A stretch of 64,000 nt of DNA from Octopus sinensis (GCF_006345805.1 NC_043012.1:51956001-52020000); one strand, 5' to 3'. Positions 1 through 13,340 are shown, counted from the stretch's first letter. The notes: a model not told the origin generated them from the letters alone. Numbers and translations are program-made.

Positions 1-716
1 TCTGCGCAGTGGTATGTAATATAAGTTTCAGAACTGCGATGTCGTGTACAGTTCCGGAAATTAAGTCAATCATATGCACACACTATTTTACAAATGCAAG
101 AGCGCCATAACTACTACCACACAATTACAGACATATGCAGAAAATATGGTGCAGACGCATGTAAATGATTGCAGACAATCACATATACACGCATATACAC
201 ATACAGAGAGTTAAAGAACAGTAACGCCATAAAAACATCACCGTATAAATATATATACAGAAACCCTATAAGAATTTATATGCTTATATTAATTCAATAA
301 TCAGTTTCAACAAAGAGCAATTAGAGATATGTTTTAGCTTGTATTCAGACAAGTGTAATATGGCCAACAGAAATTTTACATAATTAATAGGCTAATTAGT
401 AATTTAGTTAATTAATATGCGCTGGCAAATTCTTACTGATATTTAATTGGGAAAAATTGGAGTCTGTTACTGACAGTATTGTTCGTAGGTAGTTTTAGGT
501 TCCTTCATTCAATGCTGAATAAAACTGAAACTCTTGATAAAGTCTAGCTATAACAAATTAGTTGTGAATCTCTTCCCATGTTGTCGAGAGATTGATATGG
601 TTTATCAACAAGAACTATTTACGGTTCGTGGCAAGATTACCTTTATTAAAATTACTCATACATTTTCATTTGTAATCTCCCTGCAATTATGTGTGTGCAT
701 ATATATATATAATAAA

Positions 717-1058
717 GGGTGAAATTAATTAATTTAGAAATAATCATTAATTTCACCAGATATATATAACCATATATATACAGATATATATAACCATATA
801 TATACATAGGTTTACATAAATACATATATGCGTCGTTTGTTTTTTAAGTGCTTTGTTTTTACTGGGATCTCCCTTTTAAGTAGAAAGAATAGCCAAAACA
901 TTTTGACTGCTATTTCTAAATGTGGTTTGTCGTGAGGCAAATCGTTGCTGAACCCTTAATTACTTAGTATTACTTAAACCTTCCTTGAATGGGTCTTTTA
1001 CATGCCGAACTCTATTTGGTGAAATTAATGATTATTTCTAAATTAATTAATTTCACCC
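717..1058. mobile_element. 342-bp segment bounded by perfect 42-bp inverted repeats (MITE-like or inverted pseudo-LTR)
   Basis: 717-758 gggtgaaattaattaatttagaaataatcattaatttcacca is the exact reverse complement of 1017-1058; no clear TSD. Confidence 0.6.
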
Positions 1059-1256
1059 AGATATATATAACCATATATATAGATAGGTTTACATAAATAT
1101 ATATATATATATATGGATTACATATTTATGAGTATAACACACTAACACAAGACGCATATGCATATATGTGTGTATTAAACTCATCCCACTATACACATAT
1201 ATGTATACCTCCATTTATGTATATACATATATTTACATATATTTATTTCTCTATTC

Positions 1257-1258
1257 CT

Positions 1259-1352
<94 letters not shown>
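1257..1352 (+). repeat. (CT)n-(CTAT)n microsatellite
   Basis: Direct reading. Confidence 0.95.
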
Positions 1353-1353
<1 letters not shown>

Positions 1354-1867
1354 AATGTGTCTGTGCGTGTGTGTGTGGTGGGGTATAAAACAAGAAGAAA
1401 TTACTTAGAATACTTTATCACTTTTAACCAAGCAGCTACTGTTTTTCCTCGTTTTAAGGCGACCTTTTCATCCTGGTAAAACAAAACTGAAGTTAACAAA
1501 ACTTTCATAATATCAGTTCGGTACCTTCACATATCTTCTAATGAATATCAGCATGTAACGTGTATAAGAAAACATGTGAAATTCATAAGCTTATACCATG
1601 AGATTAATTTATATGAAGCTTTTGCCCCTGTTTTAAAAGGTTGAAATAAGACGACAGAAAATAGTGGTAGCTTAGTAAAAACATGTACATATTGTCTTTT
1701 TGTTTTATTATAGAGTTTTCTAAGTATTGTCTGTTTCCTTTTCTTTTTCTCTTTTCTTTTTGTTTTTTGCAATACGAATTTACTCTTGTGAAACCTCCCA
1801 CTCCTCGAAATACGTACGCACATATATAGGTAGATAGATACATACATACATATAAATATACACACAC

Positions 1868-1953
1868 TCCTTCTTCTCTTCCTTCCTGAGCGTCCAATAA
1901 TACTATATTTGTTCTACGTCTTCGCGTTGTTGTGTTTTCATATTTGGATTAAC
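1868..1953 (+). repeat. 3' fragment of the hammerhead-bearing repeat family also at 32851-33043 (-) and 60135-60358 (+)
   Basis: Shares cttcctgagcgtccaataatactatatttgttc(t/c)acgtc(t/c)tcgcgttgttgtgttt with the other two copies. Confidence 0.8.
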
Positions 1954-2362
1954 TTATATATATATATATATATATATAAAACGAAGCAATGGTGCAAACG
2001 AACTAAATAAAGCTTGCAGCTCTCTATATAATTCAGTCAACAGGTTAACTGATTTGAACATCACAGGATGTTAATCTCTTCTTGCAAACATGAAGGGACA
2101 AACATCCCTCTATGATTCATCCACTAATGAAGTATCGCCTGGTGAAAAGAATCAATGATGATGATGATCAACCTGATGCCCATGGATTACTCGGACTATA
2201 CTGTACTAATCTCAAGCATACCAACTTTGATGTGAAAATTATGTGATTTGTGGAAACGTGCGTAGCAATGTATTAAATATTAATAAATTCCATCCTAGAA
2301 TTATTTTTATTGTATATATATATATGTATTATTGTATTGTATATGTATGTATATATTTGTAT

Positions 2363-2434
<72 letters not shown>

Positions 2435-2533
2435 TATATATAAACATTCCATGTGCTTGGCCGGAGTGAGCAGTTGTCTGTTCGTCTTCGCTACGTAAGG
2501 TTGGTAGTTTATTTATGATGTGTTCAGAATCAG

Positions 2534-2587
2534 TTCTGCTGATGATCATTAGACGTAAGTTGAATGTGAAATCACGGTGATACAGAA
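2534..2587 (+). ncRNA. Type I hammerhead ribozyme motif
   Basis: Stem I UUCUG/CAGAA; core CUGAUGA (2539-2545); stem II CAUU..AAUG with GUAA loop; GAAA; stem III AUCAC-G-GUGAU; cleavage triplet AUA. Confidence 0.55.
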
Positions 2588-2737
2588 AATAAATTCATTT
2601 TTTAAATGTCTTGCTTTGAAAAACTGCATTTGGGTATGATTAGTATAATTTTGGTAGTAATGACTTTGTCCCTCCTAGTGTGAGGCATTTATGTGTAATA
2701 ATGCCCTCTATACAATATATATATATATAACATATAT

Positions 2738-2768
<31 letters not shown>

Positions 2769-3000
2769 GTATATATAAATACATATACATATACACACAT
2801 ATAAATGTATATATGTGTATACATATGTATAGATAGAGGGATAGATACAGATTATGTGGATGCTTGATATATACTCACAAACACCAGTATGCATGTATAT
2901 ATATATATGTACATATACATATTTACGTTTATATATGTGTGTGTGTAGATATATATATGTGTGTGTTAATAATATATATATATATGTAATATATATAATG

Positions 3001-3054
<54 letters not shown>

Positions 3055-3770
3055 ATATATATACGTGAATATATGTGTATATATATATATATATATAACG
3101 TAAAGTTGGATGAATTCAATTTTTCTTATCATAACAGCATTTTCCCTTAGCCCTATCGCGCTGTCAAGTCTTTTGGTCACCATCAATATTTGTGCTTTCA
3201 GTTATATATCGGAAACAAATTCATTCTGTTGGAGTTAATACATTTCTAGACAATTGAATACACCATGAAATAGCAAATAGTAGGCTTTAGTGAAGTTAAA
3301 TAGCACAACTGAGACTGGAATATCAATCGAAAATTCGGCTCATCGGAAGCAGACGGCCAATCTGCAAGGCTCATCTACGTTATTAAATACTTATTTGTAA
3401 AGATTAATTCATGTACCGCCATTAACGAGGAAACATTATTTTCACATTCGAAGATGAATTTAGTTTTAAGTTTACCCGAGGGTACACTCTGGAAATTTCT
3501 GCTGAAAAATTGTGATAAGATAACCTAATATAATGATTGATTAACATCATGATATATCTTTGCTGTTCTGAAGTGCTACAGCTTGCCGAGTTTGTTTTTC
3601 TCCTGAAAACACTCCCCAATATAAAACGGCTGAAATTACCAATGAAAATAGTGTAATCTCTATTGAAATATTTATAGACGCAATATAGAAAACGCAGGGT
3701 GAATGGGACTCACATATTTTTACTGTACGTTTACATTCGTAAAATAACGTACTATACCCTTCGCTCTATA

Positions 3771-4069
<299 letters not shown>

Positions 4070-4399
4070 GAGACAACGAAAAATATTTTGGGTTGAAAAG
4101 AGTTCAGAAAATTCTATGCCAGTACATCACTGGTATTTGTTATATTAATGCGACAAATAACTTTCTGTTTTGTCATGTAATCTATTAATAACGATATGTT
4201 TATGAGCAGGATGTTTGCTGAATATTAAAGAGTGTACTCACCCTTTAATGAAATCCAAACATGATTGTAATGATTTCAGCAAATCGGCTCTCTCGTTCTC
4301 TGTCTGTCACGCCCCCTCTTTCTCTTTTTCTATCTGTCTTACTATTCCTCTACTTATATAATTATATATGTGTGCATGGGCGTATAATTACATATATAT

Positions 4400-4423
4400 A
4401 TATATACATACATACATACATGC

Positions 4424-4490
<67 letters not shown>

Positions 4491-4813
4491 GTGTGTGTGT
4501 GTGTGTGTGGTGTATATATATAGAGAGAGAGATACGTACATGTATGTATGTATGTATATATGCATATGTTGTATTTATTATTTTGTTATATATATATATA
4601 TGTATGTATGTATACATAATGTATGTATGTATGTATGTATGTATGTATGTATGTATGTATGTATGTGTGTGTGTGTGTGTGGTGTGTGTGTGTGTGAGAG
4701 TGTGTGTGTGTATATATATATAGAGAGAGATACGTACATGTATGTATGTATGTATATATGCATATGTTGTATTTATTATTTTGTTATATATATATATATG
4801 TATGTATGTATAC

Positions 4814-4846
<33 letters not shown>

Positions 4847-4862
4847 TGTATGTATGTATGTA

Positions 4863-4893
<31 letters not shown>
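4400..4893 (+). repeat. (TA)/(TG)/(TATG) microsatellite block containing a ~200-bp tandem duplication
   Basis: gagagagatacgtacatg...gcatatgttgtatttattattttgtt occurs at ~4525-4590 and again at ~4725-4790. Confidence 0.9.
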
Positions 4894-5162
4894 AGTTAAG
4901 ACTCAATTGAATCAGGTGCTTAAATTCAGACACCTTGCTAGTTCGGTATAATCTGCAGACCTCAATAATATTATTTCAAATATTCAATATCAAGACTCTG
5001 TGTAGAGGTATTTGTACCTAATAATCCTTTCATGCAAGCAGACAAATCCACCAAACTAAGTGAAGATATCCGCTCTTGGTAATTCAGGCATGTGCTTCTT
5101 ATAAAGGTACTTTCTGTAGTAGTTCCAAGGTGTAGATTCCAAGGGAGTCCTTTCCTTTGTTT

Positions 5163-5202
<40 letters not shown>

Positions 5203-5211
5203 AGACAAGAC

Positions 5212-5481
5212 GTACAGGTATCAATACATTACGGTCATGTCAATCGGTTCCATTTAAACATTTAAACATTGCATCAATTTGAAAGAAACCCTTGTCGTCA
5301 GATGACCGCATAGACTTCAAACATAAAAGATAAACCATTTTTTTATAAACAAATAGATTATCATTTATTCTTAAAGTCTATGCGGTTATCTGACGAGGAA
5401 GCTTTCCTTCAAATTGAGGTAATGTTCTTATTAATCAATCAAATGGAGACTGAAGCGACCGTAATGAATTGATGTCTGTAC
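5212..5481. mobile_element. ~270-bp degenerate fold-back (palindromic) element between (TA)n tracts
   Basis: Left arm 5212-~5340 aligns by eye with the reverse complement of ~5350-5481 (e.g. gtcgtcagatgaccgcatagactt vs aagtctatgcggttatctgacgag). Confidence 0.65.
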
Positions 5482-5499
5482 ATTTATATATATATATGT

Positions 5500-5817
5500 A
5501 AAAAAATACAAAATGGGACAAGAAAAGAAATTCGTAACAGAAGGGCTAAAATTCATTTTGGAGATGAATTTTAGCCCTTGGAGAATAACTACTTTGTCTT
5601 CAAAGACAACTTCTATCCACAAAAATCGGGGACTGCGATTGGTATGAGACTGTCCCCTTCCTTTGCTAACCTAGTCATGGGATGTCTAGAAATTAGTCTT
5701 TATCGTAAAGTACTACAAAAATACGGTAACCCATGATCCCTCTAGATAGAAAATAACTGGAAGGGATATCTGGATCATTGTTTCATTCTTTGCCATGAAA
5801 GTATAAAGAGAATTTAA
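5500..5817 (+). pseudogene. Penelope-like element reverse transcriptase fragment
   Basis: Translation EGLKFILE/ENNYFVFKDNFYPQKSGTAIGMRLSPSFANLVMGCLE...NWKGYLDHCFI matches the PLE RT motifs NYF.F....Y.Q..G.AMG...SP..ANL.M and W.RY.DD.F; contains in-frame stops. Confidence 0.85.
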
Positions 5818-5846
5818 AGCACTAATATATGTATTATATACATATA

Positions 5847-5905
<59 letters not shown>

Positions 5906-6778
5906 ATATATGAAGAAAAAACAGAAAGGAACTATTTCAGATGGGTGTGTAAAACATTCAGTTCACTGGTACGTCAGTTGATTACTACATAATTAATGGT
6001 AAAATGCAAATTGCAAATAAATTAAATAGAGAGACTGACATTAAAAAAATCATTAAAAAAAGGAAATAGCCAACAATTTCTTTTGGACTTATATACATTG
6101 TTTGTTTTATGAAACAACACTTATCCACTAATATAAGTGTTTTCAGTGCTTTGGTTTGTACGCAGATGAAATTCCGTATGAAAGGACGGCTGGATTGTAG
6201 AAATATCACTTCAAATACCTATATATTAAGAGTATAAGCTTCAAGTATATAGCAATTTCAATTAAAGATAACAAAATTATAACGGACAGAATAATTAAGT
6301 ATCTAGAATTTACAACTATTGAAATATATTTCTATATATCTCAAATAATATCAATCCAAACTCGTTTATGTTGAAGACAATCTTTGGCTTTTATAATAAT
6401 TTACAACAACAATATATATAGGTATATAAATTAAATATCAGGGTCTTACTTAATCTGGAGACTTTAATAAAACGTGCAAATAAATATAAATGATAATGTA
6501 TTATTATATTGGTGATGTATAACAACTCTTCTCTTTTATTTAAAGTTATTGATATAAAAAAATTGTTTAAAGTAACTAACAAATAAATGTTCTTTATTTA
6601 ATTAGTATATCGAAGGGAGAATTTCGTAATAAATTTGAAGAGAAACCTAACCAAAATGTTCTCTATTTAGCTAATTTATCGGAAGGAGAATTCTGTAATA
6701 AATGTGAAAATATATGCATATATGTATGCGTTGATAAATATACACACATATATGTATATGTTGATATAGATAAATAGA

Positions 6779-6797
6779 GAGATAGATAGATTAATAG

Positions 6798-6834
<37 letters not shown>

Positions 6835-6850
6835 TAGATAGATAGACAGA

Positions 6851-6890
<40 letters not shown>

Positions 6891-6893
6891 GAC

Positions 6894-6963
<70 letters not shown>

Positions 6964-6971
6964 TGACAGAC

Positions 6972-7043
<72 letters not shown>
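6779..7043 (+). repeat. (GATA)n/(GACA)n/(TA)n microsatellite
   Basis: Direct reading. Confidence 0.95.
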
Positions 7044-7654
7044 GTGCTGGCGATTTATTGAGTACGTTTCCATGGTAACTGTAAGATTCAACATTTCAGT
7101 AACCAATTCTATTTTGTTCTCGTTTGTAAAAAACGTATCCAGGGAAATATGACATACTTTACTACGAATGAAATTTATTCATTAGTTGTTGACAGCAAAC
7201 ATCTGAATTGATCATTTGCTTCCTTGAAAGCAGCTCAAAATACCTAACACCTTGTTATCCCACCGAATTTACAGCATGACCTGTTTTTGATGCAATTCGT
7301 TTTTTAAAAAAAAGTCGATTTCATTGCGTTTTGAATTGCAAATCGCAAATATTTATTCGTTGTGTTAAGTGCATCTCTCTCAATTTATGTCGAACCTAAC
7401 TATCGAGCTTCTTAACGAGTGCGAGGCATTTGAAGTGATTTTCAACTGTTGTGCGTGATACATTTAACGTCTCTGCAAGCTCTTGCACAGTTATATGACA
7501 ATCAGATTTATTTATGGGTTTGATTAGATAATCATTAGCTACTGTAGGTCGAGTAAAACGTTGGTCAACCTTGAGTGAAAAGTCTCCAGAACGGATTTTT
7601 TCAAACCATTTCTGACATGTGCGTTCTGTGAATCAATCAACACCATAAAATATT

Positions 7655-7761
7655 ACCAACCACTTGGTCCTGGGTTCAGACCCTCTGCGTGGCACCTTGG
7701 ACAAGAGTCTTGTGAGCCTTGTGAGTGGATTTGGTAGATGGAAGCTTGAAGAAGCCTGTCG

Positions 7762-7832
<71 letters not shown>

Positions 7833-8042
7833 GTGTGTGTGTATATATTTGTGTTTGTCCCCCACCATTGCTTGACAACCGATACTGGTGTGTTTACGTC
7901 CCCCGTAACTTAGTAGTTTGGCAAAGGACAACGATAGAATAAGTACTAGGCTTACAAAGTATAAGATCTGGGGTCGATTTGCGCGACTAAAGGCGGTGCT
8001 CCAGCATGGCCGCAGTCAAATTACTGAAACAAGTAAAAGAAT
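7655..8042 (+). mobile_element. tRNA-like SINE group A, 5'-truncated
   Basis: Aligns with the copies at 14854, 33495 and 39122; internal (TA)n(TG)n; tail aaatgactgaaacaagtaaaaga. Confidence 0.9.
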
Positions 8043-8379
8043 ATCATTTTGTGAGCTTGAACAGCAGTCTTGCCTTTACAGAAATTAAAAAGCAAAATAT
8101 AGCGAAAATCTTCGTTTTTGCACTCCATCTTCTAACTGATGCTGAACTAACTGCTGTGAACGAAATTACGCGCAATTTGCTTCTAAAGTAAACTAAAAGT
8201 AACGGCTATCAAATGTTAAAAGGAAAAAAGTCATAACATTGACAAAAGTCAATCAAAAAATCGTAACTCTATCTATTAGCGAAATACGAAATTACTTTTT
8301 TGCCAACCCAGTTTATAATTATATATGTTAACTATGTCTCTTTGATATGCTTCAATTCTTAATTTCTTAATATTTGTAG

Positions 8380-8417
8380 GTCGAACTCGCAATTGCGATT
8401 TTAAATACATGTCTTCG
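8380..8417 (+). CDS. Candidate 38-nt micro-exon (VELAIAILNTCLR or GRTRNCDFKYMSS)
   Basis: Acceptor tttcttaatatttgtag|G, donor TCG|gtatgt; two frames open; no recognisable homology. Confidence 0.25.
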
Positions 8418-8769
8418 GTATGTGCTAATGAATAGCTTGTTTATTAAGTTATACTGTTTACATCAAAGACAAAATAATGATTTTACAACAGAGAGAGGTA
8501 AAACGTAATATCTGACGTAAATATTTGATAAAGAGAAAGGTGATTTAGATCATTATTCATAGTACACTAGTTGTGTAAATAGTGAGGTAAGTAAATTAAA
8601 TTTACGTATTTACAAACTGATAAATAATGTATTTTCTTGTCTGCTGAAATAACTGTAATTTTAGATGCTGCAAGCATTTCGCAGTCCATGTTTAAATTAT
8701 GCTAAAGTTAATTAATTTTAGTTATTGTAAGTGATGTGTTTTTCCACCTGTTTCTTCGTATACCTATTT

Positions 8770-9126
8770 CTATTTCTTTATTACTCACAAGAGGCTAAAC
8801 ACAGAGAAGACAAACAAGGACAGACAAAGGGATTAAGTCGATTATATCGACCCCAGTGCGTAACTGGTAAATTATTTAATCGACCCTGAAAGGATGGAAG
8901 GCAAAGTCGACGTCGGCGAAATTTGAATTCAGAACGTAGCGGTAGACGAAATACCTATTTCTTTACTATCCACAAGGGGCTACACACAGAGAAGACAAAC
9001 AAGGACAGACAAACGGATTAAGTCGATTATATCTGGTACTTATTTAACTGGTACTTATTTAATAGCGGCAGACGAAATACAGCATTTCGCCCGGCGTGCT
9101 AACGCTTCGGCCAGCTCACCGCCCTT
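8770..9126 (-). mobile_element. SINE group B with internal tandem units
   Basis: Reverse complement of ggcggcgagctggcagaaacgttagcacgccgggcgaaat head and gttctgagttcaaattccgccgaggtcgactttgcctttcatcc body. Confidence 0.9.
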
Positions 9127-9232
9127 CTTCTTCGTATACCGATGAACTGCAGAGCACCAAATCTGTGTACGCTCACAACTGACGTTATGCATCTTATAAG
9201 TGATTATTGCATTTCTTTGGTTAAAATTTTAG

Positions 9233-9294
9233 AATGGATGTAAACTGGTCTTTCATTGGTTGTTTTATTTATCGCAAGAGTGAGGATCGTCTTG
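9233..9294 (+). CDS. Candidate exon MDVNWSFIGCFIYRKSEDRL(G)
   Basis: Acceptor aaaattttag, perfect donor TTG|gtaagt, single open frame; IGCF...R.L only loosely recalls a WSC-domain start. Confidence 0.3.
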
Positions 9295-9582
9295 GTAAGT
9301 ATCAATTCTATTCAATTCAATTATTTTTGGCTTTAATAAAATGGATTACTTGGGGAGTGAATTATATCCTATAGCTTTATATATTTATTTGAATTTCTTT
9401 GGGGGTAAATCGAATACTTGGACCCCGTTGTTCAACGAAACTTATTTCAATGCCGACCAAGGCGGGACTTGAAATCAGAACATGAAGGCACAGAAAATGC
9501 TGATAAGCATTCTGCCTGTTGTGCTAACAATTCTACCAGCTCGCTGCCTTGTTGAGCAAAGTAATAAACCTTTCTAATAATG

Positions 9583-9785
9583 GCACAAGGCCTGAAATTT
9601 GGTGTGAGGAGATTAGTCGATTATATCAACATTAGTACTCAGTTGGTACTCATTATATAGACCCGCACAAAGGATGAAAGGCATAGTCAACCTCGGCGGA
9701 ATTTGAACTCAGAACGTGAAGACAGACGAAATGTCGATAAGCATTTTGCCCGGCGTGCTAACGATTCTGCCAGCTCGCCGCCTTA
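9583..9785 (-). mobile_element. SINE group B (B2-type 3' end), with an adjacent fragment at ~9460-9550
   Basis: Alignment to the other B copies. Confidence 0.85.
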
Positions 9786-9819
9786 AGTAAAGTAATAACG
9801 TTAACTACTCGGAGTCGTA

Positions 9820-10130
9820 TACCCCCTTCGTTCACGAATGAACATGTGATTGCACCTAGAAAGTTACCCTCCGAGGCAGGAGTCAGGGCAAGGTTGTTTT
9901 TATGAAAGACCAGCAGTCACCCATGCATACCAGCCTCCCCTCTCCACGCCACCAGTGTTATCCAAGGGAAAGTCAAAGGCCGATACAGCTTGGCACCTGT
10001 GACGTCGCAACACATTTCTACAGCCAAATAATGTGTCTTTCTCAAGAACACCACACGCAACCGGTCCAGGATTGGAACTCACAACCTCACGGTCATAAGT
10101 TCGGCGCTCTAACCACTGAGCCATGCGCCT
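9820..10130 (-). mobile_element. tRNA-derived SINE group C variant (same body as 16785-17090)
   Basis: Minus-strand head aggcgcatggctcagtggttagagcgccgaac...gagttccaatcc with A and B boxes; body shared with the 16785 copy. Confidence 0.85.
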
Positions 10131-10210
10131 CTCCTACCATTAATTACGACGCATTAGTTTATCCTACTTCGAGCGAAATATCGATATCTGTCAGTCTCTT
10201 TCACTTGCAG

Positions 10211-10351
10211 AGCGATTTCGTTTCTTGTTCCAATTATGAAGACCTTAATATTTTCATTTTAATCGAATGTTTACATTATGGATTAATTAAGGATCTGTTA
10301 ACGGCATATCATTTACAATACAAACGAAGTAAACATTTTACTACAGATGAA
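10211..10351 (+). CDS. Candidate 141-nt phase 0-0 exon SDFVSCSNYEDLNIFILIECLHYGLIKDLLTAYHLQYKRSKHFTTDE
   Basis: Acceptor tctctttcacttgcag, donor GAA|gtaaga, stop-free; no recognised homology. Confidence 0.35.
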
Positions 10352-10544
10352 GTAAGAGACATTAGCTGAAAGCAGTGAAGAAAGGGGAAGTTATTTTTCT
10401 TCATGGTTCATAGATCATTAGTAGTCTCCATAGATAGGTAAATAATTTCAAACTTATGTGTATGCCAACCGATGTATGAATGGGCTGAAACGATGCCAAA
10501 ACACTGCTGAAGTTAGTGCAACTGTTGTTGTTGCAGTGGTAATT

Positions 10545-10584
10545 TTATATATATATATATATATAATATTATATATATAATATA

Positions 10585-10631
<47 letters not shown>

Positions 10632-10700
10632 ATATATTATATATATTATATATATATATATATTATATATATATATATTATTATATATATATATATATTA

Positions 10701-10791
<91 letters not shown>

Positions 10792-10822
10792 CATATATAT
10801 CTGTATGTATGTGTGTGTGTGT
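10545..10822 (+). repeat. Long imperfect (TA)n tract
   Basis: Direct reading. Confidence 0.95.
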
Positions 10823-11110
10823 GAAGGCGCAATCGCCCAGTGGTTAGGCTAGTGGACTCGCGGTCGTACGATCGCGGTTTCGATTCCCAAACCGGGTGTT
10901 GTGAGTGTTTATTGAGTGAAAACACCTAAAGCTCCACGACACTCCAGCAGGGGGTGGTGGTGATCCCTGTTGTACTCTTTCGCCCCAGCTTTCTCTCACT
11001 TTTTCTTCCTGATTCTTGAGTAAAGCTGCGATGGACTGGCGTCCCGTCTAGTTGCGGGAAACCGGTAAACTGGGCCCATGAGCCTAGCTAGGCTTGAAAA
11101 GGGCGCATAA
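10823..11110 (+). mobile_element. tRNA-derived SINE group C (head shared with 41702)
   Basis: A-box-like tcgcccagtgg and B-box-like ggtttcgattccc; ~190 bp aligned with the 41702 copy. Confidence 0.85.
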
Positions 11111-11387
11111 ATATATAAAAAAATGTATGTATGCGCAAAAATGCGTGCGCACGTACGCACAAATTATAATCACACACTACACTTCACACCTAGAAATACA
11201 CATACATACACATTTAAGACCTCTCTCCATGAATTGTCTGCCTATAAAATATTAGTTATCTGTTATTGGTTCACAAAGTTCAGTTACGCAAAATATCGTA
11301 AGGTTCAACGTCGGACCTTCGTGTTTGCAAAGCAAATTTCATAACCACTTTGTTATGTCTGTGTCGTTATACGCAGTATTTGAATGG

Positions 11388-11698
11388 GAAGGCGCGTGCC
11401 TTGGTGGTTAGGGGCATTCGGCTCATGATCGTAAGGTCGTAAGTTCAATTCCTGGCGGCGCGTTGTGTCCTTAAGCAAGACACTTTATTTCACGTTGCTC
11501 CAGTTCACTCAGCTGGCAAAAATGAGTTGTACCTGTATTTCAAAGGGTCAACATTGTCACAATCTGTGTCCCGAGAAATACGTTAAGGGTACACGTGCTT
11601 GTGGAGTGCTCGACCATTACACGATAAATTTCACATACAAGCTGTTCCGGTGATCGTATCAGCTGTGACCCTAGTTGTCGCAAGCGACGGAGTGCTCC
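11388..11698 (+). mobile_element. tRNA-derived SINE group C with CORE-like middle
   Basis: B box aagttcaattcc; gttgtgtccttaagcaagacactttatttcacgttgctccagttcactcagctggcaaaaatgag resembles the CORE domain; 3' body shared with 41880-42067. Confidence 0.85.
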
Positions 11699-12263
11699 CC
11701 TCTATTTAAATGGAATTCAATTTAACTAAATTCAACTCGAAACTGAAAACATAATACACATTGCACTTGCCTCCAGATTACAACAAGTACCCCGGTACTT
11801 ATCTTTTATATTTTATTATGGTTTACAATATATTATTAAAGATACCTGAAATTAAATATTTATTCTGTGAGTGTGCATCAATAATTCTAATACAATATTA
11901 ACTCTGATTCCCCCAGGAACAATAATTTAGTCTCGTCTGTTTATTTCTACTCAAGATATGACTGAAATTATGGACAAGAAACAGCTATATATTGATTGTC
12001 AGGAAAACGAGAGGTATCTGTTCATTAAGTTTGGATAGGCTGATGAGAAATGTGATTGTGTATCATACATGCCGTTCTGAAGGGTGAAGTACATGTTCCA
12101 AAAATGTCATGATTTAATTACGTTGTCTGAACCACTGGGCCTGCTTACTGTACGTTGCGGGCGTTCTTCTAAATGATAGTATATATAATACAGGGTGGGA
12201 CAAATATCACACACCCAAACACTCGCCATTTGATTTAAATTTCGTTGTTGCTGCTCTTGTTAA

Positions 12264-12589
12264 TAAGGCGGCGAGCTGGCATGAACGTTAACACGCCGGG
12301 CGAAATGCTTAGCGGTATCTCGTCTGCCGCTACGTTCTGAGTTCAAATTCCGCCGAGGTCGACTTTGCCTTTCATCCTTTCGGGGTTGATTAAATAAGTA
12401 CCAGTTACGCACTGGGGTCGATGTAATCGACTTAATCCCTTTGTCTGTCCTTGTTTGTCCCCTCTATGTTTAACCCCCTCTGGGCAATAAAGAAATAAGA
12501 AACGTTAGCACGCCGGGCGAAATGCGTAGCTGAATTTCGTCTGCCGTTACGTTCTGAGTTCAAATTCCGCCGAGGTCGACTTTGCCTGT
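12264..12589 (+). mobile_element. SINE group B, 1.5 units
   Basis: Full head, with a second partial head at ~12498. Confidence 0.9.
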
Positions 12590-12900
12590 CATGGTTTGTA
12601 GTGGCGTACTTATTTTCACTGTATGGAAAGTGCTTTCCGTAAGATAAGTGCGGTATGTATTTGTGCTAATATTTTTCTTTTGTATGTTGTATACACTTTT
12701 AAGTCCTGGTGTTATGTATTTGTCCGACTTTTTTTTTTATCAAAGCTAATGCGCCTGCTATAATAGGAATTGTTTCTGCTTTTAGGCTCCACATTCCAGA
12801 TCTTTTTCCAGATCTTTGCATTTTGAAAGCTTCTCCGTTTCTTTTAGAGAAACATTAGGACTTTCCGATCGGGAACTATCATAAATAATTTCCAGATGTC
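12590..12900 (-). pseudogene. C-terminal remnant of an R4/Dong-like (RLE-type) non-LTR retrotransposon
   Basis: Minus-strand translation PNVSLKETEKLSKCKDLE..KAETIPIIAGAL..ILRKALS matches the KE.EK..KY.DL / PIIVGALG / TAHILRKVL C-terminal pattern. Confidence 0.7.
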
Positions 12901-13214
12901 CTTGGGTTGGCAATGCTAACGGGGAGCGCTTCCGGTTCGAGAGAAGCTCTACAGGCACGGATGCGCAGAGGATGTACATCGCAGAGGATGTACATTCGCT
13001 TGGCTGGAAGTTGCTGACATATCGCCTTCCATATGCTGTCAGTTCCGTTTTCCACTTTGCCATACTTTTTCCAAGCAATCACTCAATATTCGATGCATTA
13101 CCAAACAGATTCATACAATTCAAGAATGTAGGATCATATCGTACACCGTACGATAATCGATCCATGACATGGCTAAGTCAGTTTTCCTCCTCTTGCAGTC
13201 TCTAAATATATTAT

Positions 13215-13340
13215 TAGTATCATTATTATTATCATTATTATCATCATCATTATTATCATTATTATTATTATGTAGTAGTAGTAGTAGTATTAGTATTATT
13301 ATTATTATTATTATTATTATATTATTATTAATAATAATAA
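13215..13340 (+). repeat. (TAT)/(CAT)/(TAG)/(AAT) microsatellite
   Basis: Direct reading. Confidence 0.9.
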
